Origin: Planctomycetota bacterium
Lineage (GTDB): Bacteria > Planctomycetota > UBA8108 > UBA1146
NCBI GenBank assembly: GCA_002711105.1
Contig: PAIH01000039.1
Location: 1,360 to 34,325, forward strand
Length of the DNA: 32,966 bases
Direction: 5' to 3'
This document shows positions 1-8,477 of this stretch, in pieces. The notes under the pieces are model-generated. The model saw only the letters and a list, made by a program, of their open reading frames with translations. It ran no database searches and was not told the DNA's origin. A program made the position numbers and the translations under genes. The first letter of the stretch is position 1; the number at the start of each line of letters is the position of its first letter.

Positions 1-173
1 TCTGACTGGAGTGCCACGATCAGGTCCTCTGAGGCGGGACCCACGGTGCGGAAATCGAATCGATCTGCTGCTGGAAGTGCAGTGGGAATCACCAACAAGA
101 GCCAGAGCAATAACGAAATGGACAAACCTTGAGCCCGATAACGAATCGAGTTCTCGCTACTTGTTCTCGCCAC
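1..173 (-). CDS. Secreted protein, N-terminal part only (runs off window edge)
   Basis: Not in the ORF track; translated by hand. GTG at 173 with AGGAGG RBS at 182-187. MARTSSENSIRYRAQGLSISLLLWLLLVIPTALPA|ADRFDFRTVGPASEDLIVALQS... has a signal-peptide-like N-terminus and stays open to the edge. Confidence 0.7.
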   Translation of the reverse strand, partial: MARTSSENSIRYRAQGLSISLLLWLLLVIPTALPAADRFDFRTVGPASEDLIVALQS

Positions 174-327
174 TTCGATAACCTCCTACTGGATACTCAA
201 AAACCGAATGCAATCACTTCGCGTGATCTGCACTTTCGATATCTTGAAAAAAGCTGAGCCCGACAGCAGGGTCTACCGATACGGTTCGACCCGCCCAATC
301 CACCTCACCCTCACCGCCACAGTGTAC

Positions 328-356
328 AAATTAGGCGATATTCCGATAAGTGTCAA
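328..356 (-). promoter_or_regulatory. Putative sigma70 promoter for the gene starting at 173
   Basis: Minus strand TTGACA (356-351), 17 nt spacer, TAATTT (333-328), in a relatively AT-rich intergenic region. Confidence 0.55.
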
Positions 357-385
357 ACCTGTCATTCCTGACCTTTTTCCACTAC

Positions 386-407
386 ATAGAAATCGAGGTG
401 TTTCTAT
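386..407. promoter_or_regulatory. Inverted repeat, possible operator or hairpin
   Basis: ATAGAAA-tcgaggtg-TTTCTAT, about 30 nt upstream of the -35 box at 351-356. Confidence 0.3.
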
Positions 408-450
408 CCATAGTCAATCTCTAACTCGTAACATCCTTATTCGGCGAAAC

Positions 451-801
451 TTATCCCGGCGGAGCCGCAACGGCTAGCCATAGCCACGAGATGATCAAAC
501 CTGTTCCGCCAATCGGCGCCAGAACACCCAACCAGCTCGAAGCTCCCACAGAGAGTGCCAACACACTGCCGCAAAAAATGACTGTGGATACCAGCATCAG
601 GTTTCCTGGCCCGCGATACCCCCGACCACAGATCCAGAGTCCCAGCGCATGCCAGAACAAAATTCTGGCCGCCACCTCCCACTGGTGCAGGTGAGACGAA
701 TCGAGCCAACCGTCGAGAAGATGGGCTGCTGCCGCAGCACAGCCGACGGCGATGGCCGCCAGTAGAAATGCCAACCGAACCAGAGTCTTACAACTCAGCA
801 A
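451..801 (-). CDS. DUF423 (YgdD/TMEM256-like) small membrane protein
   Basis: About four hydrophobic segments with A-H-LL, W-EVAA...HALGL, FCGSVLAL and LAPIGG...W, matching the DUF423 pattern. Likely TTG start at 801 after GGAGGA, overlapping the upstream stop; the ORF track start is 837. Confidence 0.75.
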   Translation of the reverse strand: MLSCKTLVRLAFLLAAIAVGCAAAAAHLLDGWLDSSHLHQWEVAARILFWHALGLWICGRGYRGPGNLMLVSTVIFCGSVLALSVGASSWLGVLAPIGGTGLIISWLWLAVAAPPG

Positions 802-2012
802 CGTTCCTCCTGCAATTTCTTGATGGCAAAAAGCCACTCGTGAACTTCATCCTCAGAACGACCCCGAGCGGGATGAAAGCTCCTTGAAGAACCGGTCCGG
901 GAAACTCGTCCTTCCTTGTCACTACGAAACCTCCGGTAAGGGATCTCGTGTAAAATCTGCTCTTTCTCACACTCTCGTTCCACATCGACATCTGCCACTG
1001 ACCATTGTTCTAGCATCTGTTCGATCTCGCCTCGGGTGAGAATTCCCTCCTCACTGTAAGAAAACACGATCCCCTGTGCAGGTGCTCTGGAGATGATACT
1101 AGCCATCGCATCCCTGCACTCGGTTCCACGCCTGCTACAAAGGGAAGAAGCGGAATCCTTCCAGGGCAGTAATCCTGTTTTTCCGTAGAGCTGCGATTCG
1201 ATGCCAGCATCTGAGTCTTCCAGCGGTAACAGAGAGATCACTTCGGGAAGATGATAATTGGCCGCGTATTGCCTCTGGTTGTATGGGGGGTCGATGTAGA
1301 GAAGATCACATTCCATCTCCTCGATGCAATCGATGGCATCAAGACGATTCGCCTGACCGAGAGGCCCCTGAACCAGTGCAGGAGCTGTCAATTTCAGCGG
1401 ATTGAGTGCATTTTGCTGCCAGTTCTTGAGGTAAGCCCCATAGGTCCCTGAGATGTTAGCGACTCGATCAGCCGCATCGATGATGCAAGTGATCAGTAAC
1501 CACATCTCCGGCTCGTTGATTTTCTTCTGCAGACGCCAGTTCCGAATCGTCTCGATGATGGCATCGAGACGACCCGCATTGTCAGGGCTCAGGTAACGAC
1601 GATCAGCAGCACCTTGAGGGGAAAACTGGCGGCAGAGAAGCCCCTCGCGCGACGGCAACTCCTGCTCAAGAAAGTGGATCACCTTCAAAAATGGTTCCCA
1701 GGTCACCGAGTCGAAGGATTGTGCATTGCGAATGCGATCGGCACCCAGAGGTTCCAAATTGTCCCAGTGATCGCGTATTCCCTCGAAGGAGGGAGGGCCC
1801 GGGCATTCAAGAAAAACCTTCTGGAAAGCCAGCGAGCAGTGCATCAGATCGGTAGAGATGACCTTGTAACCACGAGACCTGAAGAAACGCCCCACGGTGC
1901 CACTGCCGGCGAATAGATCGCAGACCGTACCACCAGAAAACCCTGCACGCTCACCTGCCAGCAGGATCTCTTCGAGTAGTTGGACTTTGTTTCCAAGCCA
2001 GCGCAACTTCAA
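795..2012 (-). CDS. N6-adenine DNA methyltransferase, D12 class, similar to the M.FokI N-terminal domain / M.NlaIII group
   Basis: RWLGNK; motif I DLFAGSGTVG; NISGTYGAYLKNW; motif IV LYIDPPYNQRQYAANYHL; YGKTGL; FSYSEEG; C-terminal PYRRFRS...HEWLF. These are characteristic of this group. TTGA overlap with the upstream gene. Confidence 0.9.
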   Translation of the reverse strand: MKLRWLGNKVQLLEEILLAGERAGFSGGTVCDLFAGSGTVGRFFRSRGYKVISTDLMHCSLAFQKVFLECPGPPSFEGIRDHWDNLEPLGADRIRNAQSFDSVTWEPFLKVIHFLEQELPSREGLLCRQFSPQGAADRRYLSPDNAGRLDAIIETIRNWRLQKKINEPEMWLLITCIIDAADRVANISGTYGAYLKNWQQNALNPLKLTAPALVQGPLGQANRLDAIDCIEEMECDLLYIDPPYNQRQYAANYHLPEVISLLPLEDSDAGIESQLYGKTGLLPWKDSASSLCSRRGTECRDAMASIISRAPAQGIVFSYSEEGILTRGEIEQMLEQWSVADVDVERECEKEQILHEIPYRRFRSDKEGRVSRTGSSRSFHPARGRSEDEVHEWLFAIKKLQEERC

Positions 2013-3394
2013 TCCTCACAGAGCAACAGGAGTTCTCTGACCGAACGATTGGAATCCCCCTGACCGGAGTGCATCAAATTCTGCTCCCGGATTTCGACGT
2101 TGCTGTAGACCTCAAGGATGAGCTCCCTCAAACAAGCCGCTGGTTGCTGGTGACCCTGACTCAACCAGCGACGAGTGAGAAGCCCAGTATCGGTAGAGTA
2201 AGAAATCAACAGTCGTGCACCACGTTCATGACATGATTTGACGAGCCTTCGGAACGCATCTTCAACCCGACTTCCACTGCAGAAATCGGAACGGAATCTA
2301 TTCGCCTGCAAAGGATATCGACCTCTTGTCAAAACACCGTCGCGATGCTCCAGTTCCGGGTAGTCATAGCAAACCAGCGTCTCCAGAACATGGTAGAAGC
2401 GCGAATAATTGTCCGCGGTGTAAGGAGGATCCAGGTAGACGAGGTCGACTTGCTCGTCATCCAGAGGGCTACCCTTCTCCAGTAACTGGTGCACATCGCT
2501 ACGATAAACCCGGTTGTCAGGATGCCGAGCAACGGATCCCCATTCTGTCCGAATCGCATCGAGGGAAAGCTCGAACTGCTCATCGATATTTAGCAACCTG
2601 CGACGAACCACGGCGACCAGCTCCGTATCTTTTTCGATCGATCGAGGCTGGGCGAAATGACTGGTCCCGGAGGTACTGATCGACACCGCGTGAATTAGCG
2701 CAGCAAGATATAAATTCTGCTTTTGTTGCTGGAACTGATCGGTGGCAGGAATCTCATCGATCGCTCTTCGCAATGAATCGATCTGCATCGCCTGTCGAAG
2801 ACTGAAGTAGAGATGGGCCCAGTAGGTGGTACAGAGCACAGCGGGAGCCCCTCTGGGATTGGCGCGCCTGTTCTTCAGTAACTCAAGGATCTGCGAGGCC
2901 AAAGGCTCGTGGAGTCGGCTCTTCTCGACCGAGGGGTCGGACCCATCGGGGATGGGAGCTTGAGTGACCAGGGTTCGATAACGGTCGAATACCTCAGGAT
3001 CACTCTCGCATTCAGAATCACCAATCTGCACCAGTAGAGAGCTCTCTAGCTCCAGCGCATCCGGAGCCAGGCTTTCCAGCATTCGTAGATTGTCGTCTCG
3101 TACCCGCCCCAGATCATCCTCCGGATCCAGGTACTCGAGAACTCGCTGCCAATCCGGGCCACCTTCCAGATAAGCTCGTGCAACGGTGGCGGAAAATCTC
3201 TGAACATCATTTGCCAGGATTCGGTAGTCGGGAGCAAACCAACGAGCCACCGCAGCGGTTCCGGTACAGGCATCCAGCAGGGTTGCTCCTGGTTCGACCA
3301 GATCACGTACGGCTCCATTGATGAACTCGTCGCACAGACGAGTCTTGGCACCCATGTACCAGAAGGTTCTCAGTTCAGTGGCTGAACGGGTCAT
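2009..3394 (-). CDS. Second N6-adenine DNA methyltransferase, D12 class
   Basis: YMGAKTRL; divergent motif I LLDACTGTAAV; ANDVQRFS; SHFAQP; motif IV VYLDPPYTADNYSRFYHVLETL; FRSDFC; ISYS; ELLLL. ATG at 3394 forms an ATGA overlap with the SRPBCC stop; the ORF track start is 3463. Confidence 0.85.
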   Translation of the reverse strand: MTRSATELRTFWYMGAKTRLCDEFINGAVRDLVEPGATLLDACTGTAAVARWFAPDYRILANDVQRFSATVARAYLEGGPDWQRVLEYLDPEDDLGRVRDDNLRMLESLAPDALELESSLLVQIGDSECESDPEVFDRYRTLVTQAPIPDGSDPSVEKSRLHEPLASQILELLKNRRANPRGAPAVLCTTYWAHLYFSLRQAMQIDSLRRAIDEIPATDQFQQQKQNLYLAALIHAVSISTSGTSHFAQPRSIEKDTELVAVVRRRLLNIDEQFELSLDAIRTEWGSVARHPDNRVYRSDVHQLLEKGSPLDDEQVDLVYLDPPYTADNYSRFYHVLETLVCYDYPELEHRDGVLTRGRYPLQANRFRSDFCSGSRVEDAFRRLVKSCHERGARLLISYSTDTGLLTRRWLSQGHQQPAACLRELILEVYSNVEIREQNLMHSGQGDSNRSVRELLLLCED

Positions 3395-3921
3395 CCGATA
3401 CTTCCCACCCGTTCCAGGGCTTGGCGGAGGCTGGCGAGCCAGTCTCGCTGGATTTTTGCGCAACGAAGGGCTCTTCCCCCTCCTCCGAGGAGAGTTGCCC
3501 AGCCTTGCCAGAGCGTTACAAATTCGATGAGGGATCCGGATCCATCTTCGAGGATCGCCATCTGCGCCTCGCTACGCAAAGGACCGAAACCCGCACGCCA
3601 ACAAATCCTCCTGGCCAACACACCACTGGCTGGATTTGACTGCGGAGATTCGGACCTTGTTGAGAGAGTGGTTTCGACCGGATCCAAAATTCCTTCTTCC
3701 TCAATCCGAAGCACTTCTCCTGCAACAAGGGGGGCAGGGACCACGCCATCCCAGTTCAGTTCGAAACGAGATCCGGGACGCCATGGTTCTCCTCGTATCC
3801 ACCGTGCAGACCTCAATCCCGGACACCATCGAGACCACTCTTCCAGCAGAGAGACCTGCAGCCAGATCGTTTCTGGATCGACGTTGAACCAGGCCGTTTC
3901 TCGAACCGTTAGAATTCTCAC
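3391..3921 (-). CDS. SRPBCC (START/polyketide cyclase-like) family protein
   Basis: VDPETIW...LEEWSRWCPGLRSARW...GSRF and a C-terminal helix WLASLRQALE. GTG start with GGGAGGG upstream. Confidence 0.75.
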   Translation of the reverse strand: MRILTVRETAWFNVDPETIWLQVSLLEEWSRWCPGLRSARWIRGEPWRPGSRFELNWDGVVPAPLVAGEVLRIEEEGILDPVETTLSTRSESPQSNPASGVLARRICWRAGFGPLRSEAQMAILEDGSGSLIEFVTLWQGWATLLGGGGRALRCAKIQRDWLASLRQALERVGSIG

Positions 3922-3997
3922 GGTTTCTTGAGCCCTCCCAGAAACCCCTCAGAGTGCTGCTCTCCAGGAATTCCTCGATTCGATGGCGGTACTCGGC

Positions 3998-4026
3998 ATT
4001 CTGTGACGGTGACCCGGATGGGTCAA
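3998..4026 (-). promoter_or_regulatory. Putative sigma70 promoter of the SRPBCC-MTase-MTase-DUF423 operon
   Basis: Minus strand TTGACC (4026-4021), 17 nt, CAGAAT (4003-3998). The palindrome TGACCC-GGAT-GGGTCA (4010-4025) overlaps it. Confidence 0.45.
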
Positions 4027-4046
4027 GGCAGGCACTCTCAGATCGG

Positions 4047-4074
4047 GTGACAGGAGATGGCTCCTCTGTACAAT
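4047..4074 (+). promoter_or_regulatory. Putative divergent sigma70 promoter for the DUF6941 gene
   Basis: GTGACA (4047-4052), 16 nt, TACAAT (4069-4074). Confidence 0.45.
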
Positions 4075-4185
4075 GAGGCGCTGGGCCCTTGCTGATTCCT
4101 GGCTCCAGTGGAGGAGCAGTGGAATTGCCGTCGGGATGGGATTCCCCAGGCTTGGCCCGTCAACCAACAGGAACTAGCTGGATAG

Positions 4186-4665
4186 GTGTTCTCCTTGAAC
4201 CGACCACTTCTCCCCATCGTACAAGCCATCATCCTCTGCGATCGTATCTACAAGGACGACGAGAACGGCAAATGCGTCCTGGCCGGAACTTTCAATCGGG
4301 TCCGTCTGCCCGAGTTCCCCTGTGAATATCAACCTGCTGCTCTGTACCTGAATCTGAGCGATTTCTCCGGTCTCCACACCGTTTCTTTCCGCTTCAAGCG
4401 GCTCAGTGATGATCTTGTCATCGAGGAAAGCCCGGAATTCGGGTTAGATCACGATGACCGACGTGAACATCATGAGTGTATTTTTGAACTGCCACCGATG
4501 GAATTCCCGGAACCGGGTCGATACACCTGGGAAGTCATCTTCGATGGAACGGAGATCATCGGAACGGCCGATGTCGAAGCGATCCTCATCCCGGCTCATG
4601 GTGAAGAAACAGACGAGGAGCCACACGAGGAAATGAACGAAGAGCCACGCGAAGAAATGAACTAG
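4186..4665 (+). CDS. DUF6941 family protein
   Basis: P-x-VQAIILCDRIY-x-D-x-x-GK-x-x-LAGTFN-x-V...FP...LYL-x-L-x-D-x-x-G...FPEPGRY pattern; acidic tail. Confidence 0.7.
   Translation: MFSLNRPLLPIVQAIILCDRIYKDDENGKCVLAGTFNRVRLPEFPCEYQPAALYLNLSDFSGLHTVSFRFKRLSDDLVIEESPEFGLDHDDRREHHECIFELPPMEFPEPGRYTWEVIFDGTEIIGTADVEAILIPAHGEETDEEPHEEMNEEPREEMN
4615..4662 (+). repeat. 24-bp imperfect tandem duplication at the 3' end of the DUF6941 gene
   Basis: gaggagccacacgaggaaatgaac / gaagagccacgcgaagaaatgaac, encoding EEPHEEMN / EEPREEMN. Confidence 0.8.
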
Positions 4666-4686
4666 CGCCAAGAGCAACGATTCAGT

Positions 4687-4968
4687 TCAACGCGGAGGAC
4701 CGGAAATCTTCTCGAACTTACTTCTGAGGATGGCTAGTTTTCCCGGTTTCAACCCCACCAGTTGCTGCTCGAAGACTTCGCGCAGTTGATGCCTGGCCAG
4801 CAGCGCGGTGATGCGTGCTGAAACCCTGGGGCTCGGATCGCGCAGGGTCGGCGCCAGCCGGGTCGCCTGCCGGGGATCAGGATCCCCGGCAAGGACCTTC
4901 TTCAGCAACTCTTTGCGAGCACGCCCCTGGGAGCCAAGGTACTGCTCGATCAACTGGTCAAGATTCAA
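4687..4968 (-). CDS. Small helical protein with a HEAT-like motif (93 aa)
   Basis: TTG at 4968 in a TTGA overlap with the upstream stop, RBS GGAGGAG. LAPTLRDPSPRVSARITALLAR resembles a HEAT/PBS repeat. Confidence 0.6.
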   Translation of the reverse strand: MNLDQLIEQYLGSQGRARKELLKKVLAGDPDPRQATRLAPTLRDPSPRVSARITALLARHQLREVFEQQLVGLKPGKLAILRSKFEKISGPPR

Positions 4969-6650
4969 CGAAGCTCCTCCAGAATCGCTGCATCTTCCTG
5001 CTCGGCAGTGGCGATCCACTGAAGGACAAACACCTGTTCCTGGTCCTTCGCCAGCGACATCGTCCAGCGCACGATTCCGTCGACATCGACTGCCGGTTCC
5101 GGCTCGGTTTGACCACCGAGGACCACTTCGACTCCATCCACGGAACTGACTGGAATGCGATCGACCAGTTCCAACGGGATCGATTCGGGGATCATCGAGC
5201 GAACCGTGATTCGGTAAGCTTTCACTAATTTCATGTTACTGCTGAAGGAACGAGCTTGGGTGGATCGATCCTCGATCTCCTCCTTGTGAACCACGATCCG
5301 TCCTTCGGAACCAAAGTGCTGTGTGAACTGCTGGCCAGCGGCAGTCCGTTGCATCGTTCCATCTCCAACGTAAGCACCGTCACGAAAACACCGCACGGTA
5401 CCGGCAAGGAGAGGGGCTTTGCCGGAGTTGGTGAGGCGAGCACGACGATAGACGTGCAGACTCAGCAACGGAACGCTTTCGTAATCTAGATCTGCAACGA
5501 AAGTCTGCTCACCGATGAGCACCGCATGTGTACTTCCATCCGCTGGGATCGTTGCCTGAGCTCGAATCTGAAAACGAGCCGGACCCGATCCACTGTCCAG
5601 AGTCGCCCCGACGAGCTGTTTGTTCTCCAGGTCTTCGGCTTGTTGAGTCGGTTTACGGTGTTTTGAAGGATCTGGCAAACTGGAATCGGCACCGGGCGTC
5701 TCACTCCGCTCAACAGCAAGTCTGACATCGACCTGGTGAGCAATCGCCTCAACCCGTACCGGTATTAGCGAGGGCGGGGTAAGTCCCAGCGAAGAGCGGG
5801 CGGTGGACAGGGTCAACTGGACATCATTCCAGTCCTCTCCGCTATGTTGAATCACCTCGGCCTTGCTGAGCCATTTCACCTCGCCTTTCGCTTCATCCAG
5901 GCTCGCCTCATGGATTGGATCCCAACCGGCTCCGTGAACGTCATGGGCCAGCTCCACCGTCGCCTCGCCCTGTTCCTGCGTCTGTATCAACACAGTGGCA
6001 GACCAGGTGGTACGTTGTTGCCGTACCCGTAGCGGTTCCAGATCATTCGATAGATCCTGGCGCTTCTTCTCGATCTCATCGCGCTGCAACTGCAACCGGT
6101 CCTTTTCGAGTGTTAGCTCCAGAAGTCGGTCCGCGATCCATTGCTGGGCAGTGATGATCTGAGCCGAGGTGGCCCCCCCCAACAGATCCTCTGTTCCCCT
6201 GGCAGAGAAGGAATCTTCGAGAATTTTTGCCAACCGCAGGGTAATGACCCTCCGTCGGTCCAGTTCTTCGACCCGGAATGTGTTCTTGAGCAACTGATCA
6301 TTCAGTTGCTGGATGGCTTGCACGAGAAGACGAACATCTTGCTGCACATCCTCGACGTGGACTTCCCTTTCGAGACGAACACCGAGAACCAATCCAGAGA
6401 CACCACTCAGGCGTGCTCGAACGCTGGTAGGATCGAGACTCGCCGGCAATCCAAAAAAGAACACCTCGCTCGATTCGACTCCCACCTCCACTGCCAGTCG
6501 GCGATGAACTCGGGCTCGATCCTCGAAAACGGTCACCGCATCGGGTGAAACGTACTTCAACAGGGGCACTTTGGCGGACGACCCGGCGATGACAGGCGAC
6601 ATGGAGAGCAACAGACAGCAGCCGAAGAGACAGTAGATGGTTCGCATCAT
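4965..6650 (-). CDS. MuiA-family DUF4140/DUF4139 protein
   Basis: Signal peptide; VTVFEDRARVHR; GLPASLDPTSVR; coiled coil; AEVIQHSGEDWNDVQLTLSTA; TIPADGS; LLAG...FRDGAYVG; LVDRIPVS; GIVRW. Confidence 0.9.
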   Translation of the reverse strand: MMRTIYCLFGCCLLLSMSPVIAGSSAKVPLLKYVSPDAVTVFEDRARVHRRLAVEVGVESSEVFFFGLPASLDPTSVRARLSGVSGLVLGVRLEREVHVEDVQQDVRLLVQAIQQLNDQLLKNTFRVEELDRRRVITLRLAKILEDSFSARGTEDLLGGATSAQIITAQQWIADRLLELTLEKDRLQLQRDEIEKKRQDLSNDLEPLRVRQQRTTWSATVLIQTQEQGEATVELAHDVHGAGWDPIHEASLDEAKGEVKWLSKAEVIQHSGEDWNDVQLTLSTARSSLGLTPPSLIPVRVEAIAHQVDVRLAVERSETPGADSSLPDPSKHRKPTQQAEDLENKQLVGATLDSGSGPARFQIRAQATIPADGSTHAVLIGEQTFVADLDYESVPLLSLHVYRRARLTNSGKAPLLAGTVRCFRDGAYVGDGTMQRTAAGQQFTQHFGSEGRIVVHKEEIEDRSTQARSFSSNMKLVKAYRITVRSMIPESIPLELVDRIPVSSVDGVEVVLGGQTEPEPAVDVDGIVRWTMSLAKDQEQVFVLQWIATAEQEDAAILEELR

Positions 6651-8410
6651 TCCCCCTTTCCCAGACGTTCCGGGGCTTCTCGGCGCGTCAGTTGCACATC
6701 AGGGGGTGCCGCGATCCACCATACCAAACGCACCTTGGTGGCTTCTCCCGGAGAGACCTCGAGGGACCATGAAAGGAGTCCGTCATCTGACTCAAGCCCT
6801 TCGGGCAGATGCGTGGTGGCGGAGCGATCGATCTGCACGCGAAGTTGGTCCGATTCAGTAAAGGGTATCCTCTCTCTGAGACTGACCGTGATCGGGTCGG
6901 AGTGGAAGTTCTCGACGACCAGTTCGAGATCAGTGCGATAGTGGATCGCTTTGGAAAAGATTCCCACCTGCTCCTCGGAATCTCTCTGGATCCGTTTGAC
7001 GGTCACCTGGCCATCGACACCGAGATCGAGAACCATTTCTTCTCCTGGCGCAGTGGTCTGGATGATCGCCTGGCCGAGGTAATCTTCTCCCAAAAACACG
7101 GCGACAGTTCCGTGAAGCAGAGGATCTGACCCGGTGACCCGTGCGATGATGCGTCTGAAGACTGCGGTGTTGAGCTCCGGGGCACAGATTCGCTCTTCAT
7201 CGAAATCGAGCTGCTTGATGGCATAGAGCAATCGATGCGACTCTCCGTCTGAGGGAATTTGTTCTGGCTTCACCGAAGAAAAGGTCCTCAGAAATCCTCG
7301 GTTCGAGAAAACGGGAAGAATGTGATCTAACTTGCCCCCCGCCAGTGCATATGAATAAAACTCCTCACCTCCCAGCACTGTTCCGCCGTCAAAATTCATT
7401 TCTCCCGTTCGAAATCGGGTGTCGCCGAGAAAAACCTGGCGACCCAGCCTGGTAATTTCTGCCTCTTTCAGCGGTAGGTCCTGATACCGGGGGCGATTCA
7501 GTCGAATGGCGGCCAGATCTGGAATGTCTGAACCCAGCTCCGGTGCCGAAGTCGAGAAAGAAACCGGAACTTCCGGCCAGTCCTCTCCGGTCATCTGCCG
7601 CACGATGGCGAAGGCCCGCAATTGCAAGGTGTGATTGACCGTATCGACATCCACCTCGTAGTGGGGACGCCAGTTAGCATTCGGGATCAAGTAGCTGATT
7701 CGGATCACACCCCCGGCTCCGTCCAGATCCTGGATGCCGATGTGGACTTCAGCTCGAGCACGCTCTTGGTTTTGCAACAGCAGGTCGAGACTACGCCGGG
7801 CCTGCTGGACCTTGTCCTGCGCCTCTCTCAGCCGGGAAGCCAGTGCTGACCGGCTGCTGGCCGCTCGCTCCATCCCCTGTTGAACCAGATCGAGCAACCC
7901 TTGCCAGGCAACGAGGTCGATATTGGGGGGTGTATCTTCATCGTCAGAACGATTCGGCAAGATGGATGCAAAGCGAGCCCGCATCTCCTTGAGCGATTGA
8001 TCCTCGCGCTTCAGCCGTAGCAACGACTGTTGCAACTCTTTCAGTTGTGTTCGTTGATCTTTCACTCGCGCCGATTCAACAGGTTCGCCACTGGAGCGAT
8101 GGACTTGAACCGAGACAGAAGCGAGTCCATCGGTCCCTTCGACCTGGATCGAAGAATCGATGAGGGTCGCTGGCAGCGGCCCGACAACAACCTGACGCAA
8201 ACCCGCGACTCCTTCAGCGATCGCAAGGGTCCTTTCGACGCGAGCCTCGCTTGAGTAGAGAGTGACCGAAGTGATCTCACCCTTTACCTCAATAGGGGTA
8301 GTAACTACCTCAATGGAGGCAGCGGCGAAGGTCATCTCACTCGCCACCAAAAACAGCGCCAAAATTGCTGTAACGCCATACAAAAATCGGTATCGCAGTC
8401 GATTGTTCAT
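6647..8410 (-). CDS. MuiA-family DUF4140/DUF4139 protein (paralog)
   Basis: Signal peptide; ITSVTLYSSEARVER; coiled coil; SYLIPNANWRPHY; VRQMTGEDW...FSTSAP; IPSDGE; LGVD; GLLSW. ATG at 8410 preferred (ORF track 8464). ATGA overlap with the next gene. Confidence 0.9.
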   Translation of the reverse strand: MNNRLRYRFLYGVTAILALFLVASEMTFAAASIEVVTTPIEVKGEITSVTLYSSEARVERTLAIAEGVAGLRQVVVGPLPATLIDSSIQVEGTDGLASVSVQVHRSSGEPVESARVKDQRTQLKELQQSLLRLKREDQSLKEMRARFASILPNRSDDEDTPPNIDLVAWQGLLDLVQQGMERAASSRSALASRLREAQDKVQQARRSLDLLLQNQERARAEVHIGIQDLDGAGGVIRISYLIPNANWRPHYEVDVDTVNHTLQLRAFAIVRQMTGEDWPEVPVSFSTSAPELGSDIPDLAAIRLNRPRYQDLPLKEAEITRLGRQVFLGDTRFRTGEMNFDGGTVLGGEEFYSYALAGGKLDHILPVFSNRGFLRTFSSVKPEQIPSDGESHRLLYAIKQLDFDEERICAPELNTAVFRRIIARVTGSDPLLHGTVAVFLGEDYLGQAIIQTTAPGEEMVLDLGVDGQVTVKRIQRDSEEQVGIFSKAIHYRTDLELVVENFHSDPITVSLRERIPFTESDQLRVQIDRSATTHLPEGLESDDGLLSWSLEVSPGEATKVRLVWWIAAPPDVQLTRREAPERLGKGE

Positions 8411-8477
8411 CGATCCACCTTTCCCCGGCCAGTGACGGTTTCCGCCCCTGAGACCGGGCTGCAAGTCCTGCAGAGCA

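Noticed and set aside
150-175. 13-bp imperfect tandem repeat gttctcgctactt/gttctcgccactt spanning the GTG start
   Set aside because: Only two copies, mostly within coding sequence; no evidence of function.
208-477. 89-aa plus-strand ORF
   Set aside because: Runs antisense through a promoter/leader region, with no recognisable motifs or RBS.
3949-4325. Short ORFs between SRPBCC and DUF6941 as a possible controller (C) protein or nuclease
   Set aside because: No HTH or PD-(D/E)xK pattern; the region is better explained by divergent promoters.
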